Source: Moniliella sp. 'wahieum'
Taxonomy: Eukaryota
Reading direction: 5' to 3'
NCBI GenBank assembly: GCA_003971905.1
Contig: RSEE01000017.1
Location: 682,001-746,000 of the forward strand
Length of the DNA stretch: 64,000 nucleotides
A program made the position numbers and the translations under genes. Under the pieces are notes generated by a model. It saw nothing but the letters and a program-made list of their open reading frames with translations. It searched no databases and was not told the origin of the DNA. Positions 37,484 to 51,765 of the stretch are shown one piece after another (positions within the stretch are counted from its first letter, which is position 1; the number at the start of each line of letters is the position of its first letter).

Positions 37484-40400
37484 ACTGGGACGGGATTGGA
37501 GTGCGTTCGAGAGGTGAAGGAGCAGAAAGGCCAGAAGAAGGGTGGTGATCTTGTCTAAGCCAGTTTATCCATGCAGCGATCCCTGATTTATATATGTTTG
37601 GTTCCGTCGTCTTTCCGGTCTTCGGTCCTATCCTCTGCCGGTAGGCGTGCCCTACTATGGTGAACGTTGGATACTCTCTACTGTCCAAGGCACGGGCGCA
37701 ATGGGCGGGGCGGATCAGGCCTCAAGCTTCAAGCGTCAAGAAAGAACCACTGGTGCGTCAAACGGTGGGAGAGCAGGTCCGGCAACAGTCGTTGCGGCTG
37801 CGGAGATGGGCGTCGCATCCTCCCCTCTTGATGAATCATTAATCCATTAATCATGAGCCAATGAACCAGTATAATCGATCATCATTAATCATTAATCAGA
37901 CCTCTCGGACCCTGAAGGAGGACTTGGCACTTTACGATGCTCGCACCGGGTGTGACGACCGACGACCAAGAACCTCGGTGGCAACTGTCTTTCGTGGCAT
38001 CCAAGAAGTAAAGATCTGCGACTGGGTGCTGCAGGATGCCGCCCGGCATCGCATCTTCAAGCTTCAAGCAGCATCAGATGTCACAGCTTCAAGCTTCCCA
38101 CCCTCTGCGCCACCACCCATGTGTTCCCTCGGGTCTCAGCCATCGTCGATCGGTGAGCGCCAAGCCAAATACCCCACAAATACTGTCTTAGCGGGCTCTA
38201 CCCGATCTTACGCTCCCCCAAAGCCCAGTGATGCAAGTCTTGGCGTTTTGCCCGCCCCGGCTGCGGAAGAATGGCCAGCAGACACGGGTGACCTGTGAGT
38301 ACTCAGACTGAGTACCGAGTACCGAGTGGTGACCCCACAGCGACGAATACAGTCGTGGCAAGTGACAAGTGACTAGTGACATGCGGTAGGGGACCAATAG
38401 TCAAGCTGACTTCGGAGGGCGTCCGTGTCCGAGGCCTCCTCGGACCTCCCCAGGCCGCCCCAGGCCCCAGGCCTTTTCCTCGCCGGCTTCAAGCTTTCCT
38501 GCGCGGCGTAACTAGGTTAACTAGGTCCCGCGCGCGTATTTCCATCTTCCCTGATTAACGGTTAATGTGATTAATGATTTCACGGGCACGTGCAAGTCTA
38601 CTTAGTAGAGTAGGACGTTGGGCAGCTTGTAGTGTGTGTGAGTATACACTGTATGGAGTCTACCGAGGTAGCTGCACCTGACGCGTTCCTGGGGCTGTCA
38701 CATATCAGGCATCATGTATCACAGACGGGCACACTCCCTTCTGAGATCTGAGTGCGCCTTGCGCCCAGTCTGGGGGGTATAGTTATCACGTAACATGTAA
38801 CATCGATAATGCCTAAGGCGACTTGTGTGTGGGGCTCGATGCGAAGCTGCGTAGACCTGTGTAGAGTCTGATCCGCGGCGTTTGCGCAGAGCTGAGACGT
38901 GTGACGTCGTTGTGCCTGAAAAGGCGTTCGGCATCTCGCGGACGGAAGAAGAGGTAGCGCGGTAGCGAGGAACACACATAGCCCCTGAGTCTGAGGCCTG
39001 ACTGCGATTGGAGCAGCAACCGGGACGGAAGCTGCGCTGTGACATGCATGACATGTATTAACATGTGACATGTGGCGTGTGACCAGGGACTGTTGCCAGA
39101 AGCTTTGAGGCTGATGCACTGATGAATGATGAAGCTTTTGAAGTATCGGAGAGGGAGTACTCAGTCTCAGTACTGATGGTACTGATGCATGGCGGTACGC
39201 AAGAGCTCCCCAGTGACTGGGGGGTCGGAAAGCCGGGACCCGATATCGGATATCGGCGGAGAGCTATCAGCTGATATCTTTGCCAGCTGATCAATGGTCC
39301 TGCTTTTGTGGATTGAATATCGACTATCGACTGAAGAGGTGGAGACCTGTTACATGTTACGTTGCCACTGATGCCCCGACTGGTCGCCGACCGCGACCGC
39401 TCTCGTTAGACGGAGATGACGCATGACATAACGTACTAGAGGGACAAGGTCCGACACAACACAAGGTCAGTCCGTCTTTGCTGTGAGGGTTAATAGGGCG
39501 TTATATAATAGGTTCGCCCTGTGTGGTGAGAGCCTGGTGGATATAGTGCACGTGTCCTAGTATAGAGTTTTGGTGTTTTACCAGTCCCCCGGGGTTCTTG
39601 AGAGGTACCTGTGTTCTTCTACATTCCACTCACTCCTGCTCCGGCCTCACCCGTCCATCTATCACCCAGAGCTAGCAGCCGATTGCACTGCCCACGCCGT
39701 GTTTTTACGGGCAAACAGCAAACAATGAGACTAGTTACTAGTTCTTCTGTGCGCCGGCCCAAACCCAAACTGGTGGTTGCAGTTAAGAAGTCTTCGGTAC
39801 GGTCCCATCGTGACCAACTGGTGGCCGCAATCTGATCGCACCTACGGCCTCCTGGTTTTGAGTACTGAGTCCGGATGAAATGCTAGTCAACTGAGCACTA
39901 GGACTGAGGCCAGAGGGAGAGTGGACGATGGTCGAAGTATATCGAGTGCAAGGTGCGTCATTGGTTATGCATGAGGGAGACGCTATACTACTACGGACCC
40001 CATTCTCCCCCGTCTGACACCTTATGGCATTTTCATTCGTCATTCGTCATTCCTCATTGTTACGGGCTGCGGCGGACCCGAGATGGTCCGACCCAAGCTA
40101 AGGCCCGCCTGCTCCGCACATGCCCAGTAGAGCGTGCTCCGCAGGCCAACCAAGTGCGATGATGGTTGGCTAAATTATAGGTACCGTGGTCCGAACAAGG
40201 GTCATGCATCCGCACGACAATAGTCGCCCCCTGCCCAAATCCAAGTCGGCTGGCCTAAATATACGGCCACCGAGCTTCCAGTGTCGTTGCGACGGCTGTC
40301 GCCCCGTCCCCGTTTCCTTTTTCTTTCTCTCGGTCGCGCCTGCGGCGACCAACCCCGCTTTTGAAGTGTCTTCCTTTCTACATCCCCTCTTGTATCCGTT

Positions 40401-42147
40401 TCGCTTTTGATCTTTCCTGTATCCTTGGTTGATGGGGACCCTTTCCCCCACCTTCCATTCTCGTCCTCTCTCGTCCACCCTCCATTCTCGTCCTCTCTCG
40501 TTTCCATTCTTGTCCCTTCCCACTTATCCTGTCCGACTCCCCCCGTTTTCCAGCCAATTAATCCAGTACAGGCAGCCTCATCTCTTGTTAGCGTCCGATT
40601 TCTCCTCCGACCTTATTGTCCTCCAGCAATCCGTCAGTGCAGTCGCGGGAGCCCTCCTCTGGGCACGTCGATTTCCAGTGTATATCCAGTCTCAATTGAG
40701 GTAGTGTTTGTCTGCTGCTGCCTCTCCTCCCGTCCCTAAGTCCCGGAGGCTTCAGACACGTTACTACAGCCCAAGCCGGTGCAGACGCAGCCTTGCCACA
40801 CGTGTGCATCCGTCCCACCAAAGGCCTATCCTCGTCCCTAGCTCCGCTCGGATCAACCAACCATAGCCCAAGCTCGAAACTACCGTGAGTCGAAGCCGCT
40901 CACAGGCTCAGTTGGCGGGGCCAATCAGATGATTGGCCGCACGCGCGCCCCTCGCACTTCTGGGGCAGGGCGAGGGAATCCGGGTCATGCGAGAAAATGA
41001 AGGCGGCTGAGTAGTACTGCCTCCGCCCACGTCAATGGAACTGGCGCCGGGACTCTCACGAGCTCTCACACCACCCCTCCTGCACCTTCTTCTGCTTCAG
41101 GGGTCAGCCTGGGAACCTCTACGTCCATGATTCCCCTGCTCCCAGTGCAATGTCAGGCGAATTCCTCACTCATCTCCATGTTGGAGAAGGTGGAGGGCAG
41201 ACGAGCCCAGGAACGCTGTACAGACGCGTGATGGAGTTTGGCAAGTACATATCATCCACCCCACAGAGTGATGAGGTGTTGGCCTCCACCATTATAGCGT
41301 CCGTTCTACCATCGTTATTTTGCCGTGCACGGACTCCGGATGGGACTGGGACTGGAACGGGAACAGTGAGACTGGGTAATCGGGGGACCCTGCGGGATGC
41401 ATTAAAGAGGAGACTTATAATGGATGACGACTTGTCTACAATCGCGACTTTGTTGGGTTGAGAGCGAGCTGTCGTCCCAGCTCGGTGTGGTTAATAGACC
41501 CACCAGGACGGGCGTGTGTAGTTCCTGAAGGGGACAAGGCCGGTGCAATGAAGGCGAACTGCCGCTGCGGGGGGCATCATATGTAGACACACACAGCTCG
41601 GATCTGCGGCCTACTGCATCTTGGTTGCGATGGCACTACTGAGGGAGAAAAGAGCTTTGGGCTCGGCCAAGCTCGGTCCCGAAAAAAGAGCTCGCCTGCC
41701 CTCGTCTTAGCCCGAGGCATCGTGCTCCATCCCTCACAGGCGTGTTCGCACGCCTACAAAATAGACGACCTCGCCCCGCCCACATATAAACAAGGCAGGT
41801 TCAACACACATGTTCAACGTTTGCCACGGACAGTATAATAGTTAACGATACATAGGCCTTCGATTATTTCGCTGCCAAATAACGTGATGCTTAAATTGCG
41901 GTGCTGGCCTCTCCCCATGACTTTTGGGCTGTACAGAGAGATCCATGCGCCTATTCGAAATCGTCTCAGTTGCCCAAGGCGTCGCTTGAAGCTTGAGGCT
42001 TGATATCTGAGAGCTTGAGGCCCAGAGGCCAGAGGCCTCAGGGACTGAAGTAATGCCTGTGTTTCGGCGAACGCCGGGAAGAGCCCGGCGAATGCGTGAA
42101 CGACAGTCTACATCGCTCGCTCTAGGGCTCAGTATAGGGAGTTCCGC

Positions 42148-42325
42148 CCATGTCCGCCCATGTCCGTCCATATCCGTTTAACGTTTAACGTTCATGTCCG
42201 CCCATGTCCGATGCCGTCCGAATATGGCCGACATCTGAAACTGATCGCTTCACTGCCCCCCTGCCACGACCATGCCCGAGCACGGCCGACATCCGAAACT
42301 GATATCCTACTGCCCCCCTGCCAAC
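42148..42325. repeat. Imperfect direct repeats upstream of the SNG1-like gene
   Basis: CATGTCCGCCCATGTCCG occurs twice; GGCCGACATCYGAAACTGAT...ACTGCCCCCTGCCA occurs twice about 58 bp apart. Confidence 0.75.
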
Positions 42326-42509
42326 TCTGCCCCCACCCCGGCTGATCGCGCGCAACGCGCAACGGGAGGGTGGTTGTTGGGCCGGATATCACCCGTGCCG
42401 AACCATCTGGATTTAAGTGGCTGTGGCGAACGTCTGGCACTCCCACCACCCCCCCACCCCCCCTTCCATCCCATCACCTCTCCGCTTCTTCCACATTACT
42501 TTGGCCCCG

Positions 42510-44096
42510 ATGGTGGTGGATACGCCTTCTGATCCTGTCTTCCAGCTTGAGCGGAACGACACGCTCAGAGAGAATGGTTCTCAACAACTCTCCCCCGACG
42601 ACGAGAAAATTGATACTCCATCCCAACAGGAGGATACTGAAGGCGCCAAGACCGGCGGTGAGCTGCAGTTCAAGTCACACACGCTCTCCGATCCGCGTAT
42701 CCGACCTATGCTCACGGGTATTTTTAAGAAGGGCGTGATCCCCATGGTCATGATCTTGTGTGGGCCTCTCATCTGGGGGCTCTTCCCCATCTACGTGAGT
42801 GCTTATCCTGCCGGTTTTGCCAACGCATACGCTGACCTTTTGTCCAGTGGGGGTCATTGTACAACCTCACTCCTCGGCGCTTGCCGGCGTGGGTGGTTAA
42901 CGGGGACCCCAATGGTGCAGTAGGACAGGCGTTGGAACATGGCATCCTTGCCACTGACAACCCTTCCAACCCGATGCGGTTGCACTGGTACTCTAAACCC
43001 GCTAGCGAGTATCCTATTCCAGCGATTGAGCATACTGTGGTCCGCAGTTTTGCTGCCTGGGTGATTGTTCGCATCGCACCCAAACGCCACGGCCCTGCTG
43101 GAACAGGCACGCACAACCGGGGATGCGTCTTGGGACCCATCTAGCCTTGTAACGGTCTACCAAGCCTCGTCCCGTAACTTCAACGCTGCCACCACCTACA
43201 TCCTCGAACCAACAACGGGCATCATTGAGAGCATTCTCAAGCAACTCAATCCGTCGTTGACCCACTCGTGGCTGAGCCAAGTTGCCAGTACGCCCAATGC
43301 GACTACGCTCCTCGCCGCGGCCCAGGCCGCTCCTCAAACCGTCACCCAACCCATCTGGTACACCGTCCAAGACCTCCGCCCCTTTAACCAAAGCGTTACT
43401 GTCGCCACCACCTTTGTTGGGCTCATCTACTCTGCCATCTTGACATTTAACTTGACCATGGGCGCTATACCAGATGCGACAACGGCTGCAAGTCTATCTC
43501 ACGCCGCGTGCGCTTCTCCTCCTGCGCTTTGGGGTGCCGATTATTGCCTATGCGCCGATTTCGCTCATGTTCTCCATGATCAACCTTCCCTTCCATGTCA
43601 AGTTTAACAAGATGGGGCCCAACAATGCCGCTGGGTTCTTTGCCTTTTTCTCTGCGACCTACGTCGGTTTCCTCGTGTTGGGCTTTTGGATTGAATGCCT
43701 CATCTCGATCATGACGCCGCGGTTCATTGCGTTTGGGCTGGTATTTGTTATCTGTACCGGTGTGGCGGGAGCCAACTATCCTGTGGAGATGCTCAACTCG
43801 TTTTGTACGTCTTTTATCTCGCCGCCTCTTGGGGTGCGTACTAACCTTGCTTTCTTCTTCTTTCTTCTTCTTCGGCAGACAAATGGGAGTACGCCATGCC
43901 CTTCTACAATATGAAGGCCATCTACACCACAATCATCTTTGATGTGGGACAGAGGATCCACATCCTGAAGCACTTTGGTATTCTCTGGGCATTTTTGGCC
44001 ATTCTGTTCCTCACGTTCCCCATCTGGATTTTGCACGAACAACGGGCTGCCATCAAGGCGGCTGGTGGTCCCGTTGGAAAACGCTGGCCTCTGTAA
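42510..44096 (+). CDS. SNG1-like / DUF3533 multi-pass membrane protein
   Basis: PIY|WGSLY, VVNGD, YQASSRN, DLRPF..TFVGLIYSAILTF, several hydrophobic segments; introns near 42795-42848 and 43806-43878. Confidence 0.8.
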
Positions 44097-44353
44097 TAAT
44101 CTTCTTTTTTTTATCGACGTGTTATGTATTCCCCCCACCGGCGCACTGGCATCTCCGTTGCTTCCAATGTTGGGGGCCCGCAGGTTTACCCTCCCAAAAC
44201 CAGCAATCCTTGCTTGCAATCTCAATGGCCCGGATTGGACATGAAATCGTCTGACCCTTATAGCAGTGCTGTGTGAGCGTTTGGAACTCTATACAAGTAG
44301 CATTCTGCGCTCGGTGAAACAATATGTTGTGCAGATCAAATCACCATCATTAC

Positions 44354-45890
44354 TCATTGTTGCAGTCCAACCACGATGTTGGTCCCTCTCACTTCAGCCA
44401 ACCAGAGAGGTAAACCCTGTCGTACAGTGGGAGGGGGCTCTTCATCGTCCAATCCAAGGTAGGAGGTGGGTTCATCCACATCCAGCCCGGCCAGGACAAT
44501 TTTTCGCAAGCCCGACGCAACATGGGTCCCGTCGAACCGGAGCTGAATCGGGTTGGCAACCAGCAACTCGTGGGGGGGCAGGCGGTATTCCTCCCCCAAC
44601 AAACCGGGGGGGAACGGGAGGCGCATCTCGTACTCTATCCTCCGTACCCGTGGCAGGCCGTCGTCGGTTTCTGCTTGTTCCGGACCTTGCGTTCGTCCCG
44701 TGCCAAACAAGTCTGCCGCCTCGCGTTCTCGCACGGCTCGGACACGCTCTGCTTCCCCTGCCATCGCACTCGGCACACCGTAGGCACGTACTGGGTCCCT
44801 CTCTCGCCGTCGAAGCGAAGCGTCCGTCAACGGTCCATCCTCTGCAGTGCCAGCTAACATTTGCGTCCCATGCCCTCCGGAAGGAGCTTGAGACTGCAAG
44901 ATGGCAAGACGCAGGCCCAGTGCATCCCTTCCCTTGAGTTCCGACGCAGGAGGGGACGACGCAGTGGCTTGCGACGGGAGAGAGACCCTTTGAGCACCAA
45001 CGGCTTGAGCAAACGCATGCAGCGCCAGCTTTCTTGCTTCCGAGGGGGACTCTTGCCGTCCCATGGCGCCCGAGTAGAGCACCCACGGGGTGTGGGGGAT
45101 GAAGAGCAACCACAGTGCCCCCCCACCACCTCGTCCACACACATCATTAGGCAAGGGAGCAGCACAGACGCGAATGGCGGTAAACACGCCAAACCAGGCG
45201 GGTCCTACCCCATTGGCTTGCGGGGTGGCAAAGGCCTTGTCGGCCGCGGCGGCGGGAGGGAAAAGGTACGCGTAGTGCCCAAAGTAGAGTTGAAGTTCAC
45301 GTGATAAGTTGGTCTGTAGCTTGGATGGGTCCAGATCGGGCGGGGGGGCTGAGGTACCGGGTCAGTGAGGAGCGACGATGGAATAAAAGAAAGGAAAAAC
45401 ACACACCATTGTCCTGGTCAAACACAAGCTTGGCGGCAGCCCATTGGCGTGACTCGGGGTGGGAAGCGAGATAGACGGCGTCAATGTCGGCAATCATGGT
45501 GAAGGAGAGACCATGGGGCCAGTCGACGGTGAGGATGCGATCCAGCGCGCGGACCTTGGGGACGCGATCGTCGCGCATCGGCCCGTCCCAAAGAGCAAGG
45601 GCGGCAGCAAAGGAGCCGACGCGGCGCTCCTTGCTGATGGCATCGGCCAGCTCGGGGAAGGAGGCTGGATCGTCCTGGTCGGCAGCGCCGGGACGGGAGG
45701 CGCGGGACAGGTGGGGGGGATGGCGGTCGGGGTCCAGGCCGCGCATCCAGTGGAGGACGAGCTCGATGAGTTGGGGCTTGTCGAGACGCGCGAGCATGCG
45801 GCGGGCGGCTGCGCTGGGGACGGAGAGCGTGCTGCCGCGGTAGGCCGGCTGGCGCGGGCCGAGATCGACGACGGGCTCGGCGGCAACCAT
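44354..45890 (-). CDS. CHL4: Inner kinetochore protein CENP-N / Chl4 / Mis15
   Basis: LARLDKPQLIELVLHW, LDRILTVDWPHGLSFTMIADID..YL..HP..W, C-terminal LRFDGTHVASGLRKIV. Confidence 0.8.
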
Positions 45891-46192
45891 GGAGGGAGGC
45901 GATGGTGGTGGTGCGTGGCCGCTGGCACGCGACGCGTCTCGCAGGCTGGGCCAGCTGGGGGATTGACGGTGGGCATTGCAGATCTGAAATGTGCAATCCC
46001 AGTCGGACAGCTGAAAGCTGAAATCTGGAATCGGTGGTTCTGGGTGCAGCCGGGCGGAACGCGATTCTTTGGGTCTGCGCCGCCGATTCCGCCAGCCTTT
46101 TTTTTTTGGGCCAGACAAGTCCAGTCCAGGCAGGGCTCCTGGGTGCCCTGGGCGGCCGGCTGCTCCCACCGCCCGACCCCACTAACACCATC

Positions 46193-48476
46193 ATGGCCAT
46201 CAGTGCCATCGAGGCCCGCCGGCTGCGTGCCGCCCAGGCCAAGAAGGACAGCCCATCCAACGGTGTCGATGCACCGCTCGTGTCGATTGCGGCGCGCCCT
46301 GCGCCCCTGGCCTCCTCGTCGGACCCCGCTGCCACGTCCAAGAGGCCCCGCACCTCGCAGTCCAGCACAGCCGACTCCCCCAGCCCTGCCGCCCCATCCA
46401 CCCAATCTCTTCCCACCGAGCAGGACGAGGAACGCAGTATCAAAAAGCGGCGTGTTTTGGCTCGGTCCGACAGCCATCGGGCCAGCGTAGACTCGGACTC
46501 GGACTCCGACTCGGAGGAGGAGGATGCGGCGGCCGAGTCGGCCTCCTCTTCCGACGAAGACGAGGCTGTGCAGCAGGAAGATGACGAACCACTCAGCACG
46601 TTCTCTGTTCACTTTGGTGGTGCCAAGCGAACTGCATTGACGAGGGCGCTCCTTTGTTCTGGGGTTGGCGCCGGGGGATCGGTTTGCGTTCGTTGGCATG
46701 GCCCGCATTCAACTCCTGGCAGGCCACGCCTTCTTGGATGGTCCCGCTCTCTGCGCCGCAGGCGATCAATCTCGTCTGTCCCCGCTCCGCTCCTGTTCCT
46801 GTTCTGGTTCCAGCACAGAAAAGAAGCATTCCAAGATTCCCTCGGCCGCGTTGCCGGAAAACTGGAACAAAAGCATGTTTGCCTGCACCATCCGGGTCAC
46901 TCCTTTCCAGCCAGGAACGGTGGGGTTGGAACAAATTGGTCTTGTCTGTCCAATTGCATTGGGAGTGGCTCCCCAGACGGCGGACGGTGCCCCTTGCTCG
47001 CCTTCGCCGTTTGACTGGCCCATTCCTGCGGGTTCAGATGCGAAGCAATTGGTCAAGCCCCTGTTTATGCCGGTGCACGAGCGATTCACAGCGCCGTTAC
47101 GCACTGGAGGGAAGAACTCTGTGTACGGAAAATTGCGCTCGGTGAAGGAGGATGTCGAATGGGATGTGGTCCAAAACAAAGTGGTCTCCCACCCCGATCC
47201 TCCATCGTCCTTCTCCACGGCCCCAAGGGGGCAGGGAAATCGACTATGGCGCGAAGGCTACTCACTGCGCTTCGTACCAGCTCCTCCGACCCCATTGCTT
47301 TCTTGATCTCGATCCGGGCCAACCCGAGTTTGGTCCTCCTGGTCAAGTGGCTTTGCACGTGTTTGATGCCGAGGAGGAAGTTTTGTCGGTCCTCGGTGGG
47401 CGACGCTGCACATGCCACGCCGTGCCCATTGGCTTGGCACGTCCAGTGGACAAGATGATCCCCGGTCCTACCTCGACGCGGCCAAGGACTTGGTGCAGTT
47501 GTACCAGTCCCTTTGCCTCGGGCGTCCGGCCCCTGTTTCCAGGGAAGGAAAACGGAGGAAATGGAAGTCGGACGTCGCTCCTCAACTGGGAGGACAAACG
47601 CGGATGCCCTTGGTGGTCAACACCATGGGGTGGACCAAGGGTCTAGGTGCCGACTTGGAGCGGGAGTTGGCCCAGCTTACCCGACCCACTCACCTGATCT
47701 GTGTCTCGGATGGAAAGGGAGACGTTAACCAGCTCACCCCTGCCGAGCTTGGGGTCAACAAACAGGCTCTGCTCACTGTTCCGGCCCACGGAAGAAAAGA
47801 AGGTGTCCACGTTGCAGCCTACTCTCGGGCTTTGGGAATCATGTCGTATCTCTTCCTTACCCACTATGCTGGTCCTACCCGCCCCCTTCCATCTTGGGAC
47901 TTTTCCATCCCGCTCTTGCCCGTCCCCCCCTGGTCGCTCGTCTTCCCGACGCCCTCCCTCGAGGAATTCACCTTCCTCTTCATGCGGGTCGCACCATGGC
48001 ACCGCGACCGAGATCAATGCTCGCTTGGTTGGCGTGATCAGGTCAGCGGGCGATCCGCGGTATGCATCGCACTCTGAATGTTTGGGTCTGGGCCTGATCC
48101 GGGCAGTCGAGGTAGGTCCAGCCGGAATCGAGGCGGTACAGCTCCTGACCCCGATTCCACCGGATCTCCTCGTGGCTGCTGGGAACGACCTCGGCCTCGT
48201 CACGGCCGGCCCTTCGCTTTCGACGCCTGTATGGGCCTTTCTTGATGCGCCCGAGTGCCGCGCATCCTTCTGGTTGGCTCGGGGACGACAATGGTCGGCC
48301 TACGACCGCGCCCAAGGGTGCCAGAACTTTCCTTGGCTGGTACCCCAATTTCGTTGGCCCCCTTTCTCGATTGGCCCGACGAGTTCTTGCCCCAGGGAAG
48401 AGAGGCGCCCAAGGCGCTCGGGCACAAGAAACGGACCACGCGAGGCAACGTGCAGCGGGGCGTACATCGTCGCTGA
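46193..48476 (+). CDS. GRC3: Polynucleotide 5'-hydroxyl kinase Grc3/Nol9
   Basis: Walker A GPKGAGKST, FLDLDPGQPEF, PLVVNTMGWTKGLG, CLGLGLIRAV, terminal RGNVQR; frameshifts. Confidence 0.9.
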
Positions 48477-49422
48477 CCTGCGCTGGGCTTATCTTGGCCA
48501 CTGGAAAGCCATTGGGGACGTGGGTCCTGATCCTGTATTCTTGCCTAGTGACTTGGTCATCATTTTGTTCAGCCTGGGCCCACAACTGCATCAACTCTTA
48601 TTGGAAGCATTGTCTAGTACCAAGATACATTTTTGTAGTAGCTAGCGGGAAGCGAGTAAGATGCGTCCAGGGATGCTGGTCAACGCATCGAGACTCGGAG
48701 GGCTTTTTTGGCAGTCGCACCCCTTGACTTCCTTGATTCGGGCCCATTGTGGTTCTCTGTCCTGGACGAGACCTGGCCAAGCCCGGCCCCAGGGACAATA
48801 TCGGGGAAATGCCGAGGGAGGCGAACGAGTACCCCTCTCTGCTGTGTGAAGGGCGATTGAGCTCTCTGTGGCTCGGCCTAGAACATCAGATTTGGGTCGG
48901 GTCTATGGATCCATGCAGTGGCCTTGCTTGGGTCGGTTCGTCTGGCAGATGCCCGATACGAGTGCCGTCCACGATAGAAATCGAGCTTTCGTATTAGGAC
49001 GCGGCGCTGGTGGGGAAAACATGGGGGTACTAAGTACAGCCGAGAAGGGGAAATGACGTGCCAACGTCCCAGATGGCTGGTGCTTGCGCTCACTAGAACG
49101 TGTCTATGCGTTAGTTGCGTCTACGTTCCCAGTACTTTCTGAGAATGGGGGTACGGGTAGACGCCCTGTGACCTTCGTCCGAGCTCGCGGGGGAACTCTT
49201 CTCTCTACAGACGGAAGATCAAAGGAGCGGCTGATCAGGTCTTTAGGCCCTGCTATCTGTCCCTTTTTGCCCCCCATCGATACATATGAACGATACCATG
49301 TCGGGTACAAGTGTCGATTCCATTGAAGCATGAACAGATATGAGAGCGGTGTAGACGTGGACGCAGACGTGGACGCAGATGTGGACGTGGATTGTCATCC
49401 TTCTTGGGGCGAGCGGTACCGC

Positions 49423-50796
49423 CTACGCTTCTTTCGTGGGAGTAACATCGGGGATGGGCAAGGCAGCGGCCTGAGCTCTGCTCAAGGTAGATTCAGCCTG
49501 CTTCAGCATCGGAGCATCGATCATCACCATCGATTCACCCTGCTGCAACCCCACTGCCCCGCGATTGTTCCGTACCGATTCGAGAGGTAAGCATGCTTGA
49601 TGCGCGCGGCCCAGAGAATGTCGCTTTCTGAAGGGGAAAAGGCTTGGTGGATGGTGGCCACTTGAGACGGGTGAATGGCCTGCTTACCATCGTACCCCAA
49701 CTCACGGCCATCACGACACTCTTCCACTAAGTACGCTTCGTCTTTGTAGTCGACGCAGACCATGTCGATCGCTTCTAGCTGGTGAGCCTTGGCGATCGTG
49801 GCCATCTGTGCGCGCGGGAAGAGCAGTTCGCGACGAGACTTGGTCCGCACGATGCCCGTCGACGCACAGTAGTCTTCACTTGCGAACAACAGCGCCGATA
49901 CGTAGGCAACATGCGACTTGCCCCAGGACCGAACTTCTTGCAGGATGCTTTGCATGTTCAGCAGCGAGGCGGCCGACTCAATGGAAAGCACGAGCGATAA
50001 AGGAGGATGCACACTGCTCATACAAGGTTCGTTGTTAGGCACCATCAACATGAGAGGGAGAGAACGCACTCCAAGTTGGGACGCAGGCTCTCTGCCCGCT
50101 CGATAACCATACGAATATCATTGGCGCTTTCGACTTTGGGCAGAAGCAGGCCCTGCAGCTGGGTCGAGGGCAGCACCACCTCCAAATCATCTTGCGCTAG
50201 CGAAGCGTCCCCCGAAGGCGGGTTGATCCGCACCAAGAGTTCCGGTCCAGGACGGGGCGCAGCCTGTGGATCCAAAAAGGGAGATCAGCTGAATTACTAC
50301 GTACGACAATGCAAGGCCCAACGTACCCCCAGAGCATACATGACCGTCTCTCGGGCCACGTTCTTTCGGTGCATTGCGACGCTGTCCTCGAGATCAAAGA
50401 TCAGGGCATCGACCTGCAACCCAAGAGCCTGATGGGAAGGGGCGAGGGAGTGAGCGGAGGCGCACCAAAAGGAGATAGGGACGTACCCGCTTAATCATCT
50501 TTTCCGAGCTGCCCGGCACATAGAGCATCGCGCGTCTCGGCGGCGCAGACGGGATCGGAACAGGAGATTCGGAGGGGGACGAGGGTGTTGTAGGGACCTC
50601 TGGTGGCACGGCGGTCTTGGGATCGGCCGGAGGCGGCGGGGCGGAGGCGAGGTGGCAGTGGAGGAGCTGAGGGAGCGCCATTGGGACGACGGGACAGCCG
50701 GGCGGGCGAGCAAGGAGGTGGGATGGGGCGAAGGATGGGCTTGCTGGCCAGGGCGGAGGGTGTGCGTGGCAGACGGGAGGCGAGGGCCAGGCGCAT
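49423..50796 (-). CDS. Citrate lyase beta-like (CitE/CLYBL, HpcH/HpaI fold), probably mitochondrial
   Basis: RRAMLYVPGSSEKMI, FDLEDSV, LLPKVES, FASEDYCA, AIDMVC, GKQAIHPSQV, MIDAPM; Arg/Ser/Leu-rich N-terminus. Confidence 0.92.
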
Positions 50797-51765
50797 GGTG
50801 GGGGTGGGGGGCATGGAGATGGGGGTGGATGGTTGCGGATGGGATGGGATGGGATTTGATGCATTTGATGAGCGACTGAGCCTGGGCTGCCTGTGATCGA
50901 GCGGATCGTCTCACTAATAAGCGGATGACCGATGATGGATATGGCGATGGATGACATGGATGGCGCCGCAGGCTGCTTGACGTAATTGCTGTCTCATGGC
51001 CGTGCTCGATGCACGGTGGGTAACAGAAGCGGCCATATCGCTGGACCAGCGGGGCCTTTGAGCCTTTCCAGACTAGACGCGTTATAAGGCGTGTTGGGGG
51101 ATGCTGCTGCAGATGGCAGATCAGGCCCATGGGCCATCCATGTATTGCTCACTCGGGACTCTTGACCATCCTCGATTGGGAACCATTCATCCTCAGGCCC
51201 TCAGGCCCTCAGGCCTCATTGACTTGATCAGGTCCATGAGCGCATGAGCGCATGAGCATTCGACGGACTGCTGGCATCACTTCCTGATCACATTGGGACG
51301 TCATGCATCATGATCATGCTCATGCTCCGGCTGGTCGGCAAGCTCTCTGACATTGCAACGGTGGCAAGGCGGAGGCTCCATCGTTCCAGCAGCTATGGTG
51401 CCTCCAAGGTGAGATCGGAAAGGGTGAAGGTTTTCGGTGGCTACGTAACGCGTAACAGCCATGTGGACGATGCGTGACATGTGACATGTGATGCATGATG
51501 CAGATCAAGCGCCTGCGCCCCCTGCAGGATGAACGTTTGACACTTGCCAGGCACAGGTACAGGGCGAGTGAAGACGCGTGCTGAAGTAATCCGCGCTCCG
51601 CTTGTGCTCGCGTTCTGGCGGGGGAGGGAGCAAGTCGGGTAGCCGCACCAGGGCGGGTGGTGCCATCGCCAGGGCCAGAGTCACTAGTCACTAGTCTGGC
51701 AAGTGCCATCGCCACCCCACCCCCTCCCATCCCCCCCTTGCGCCGTTTCCAACACAGCGGCCACC

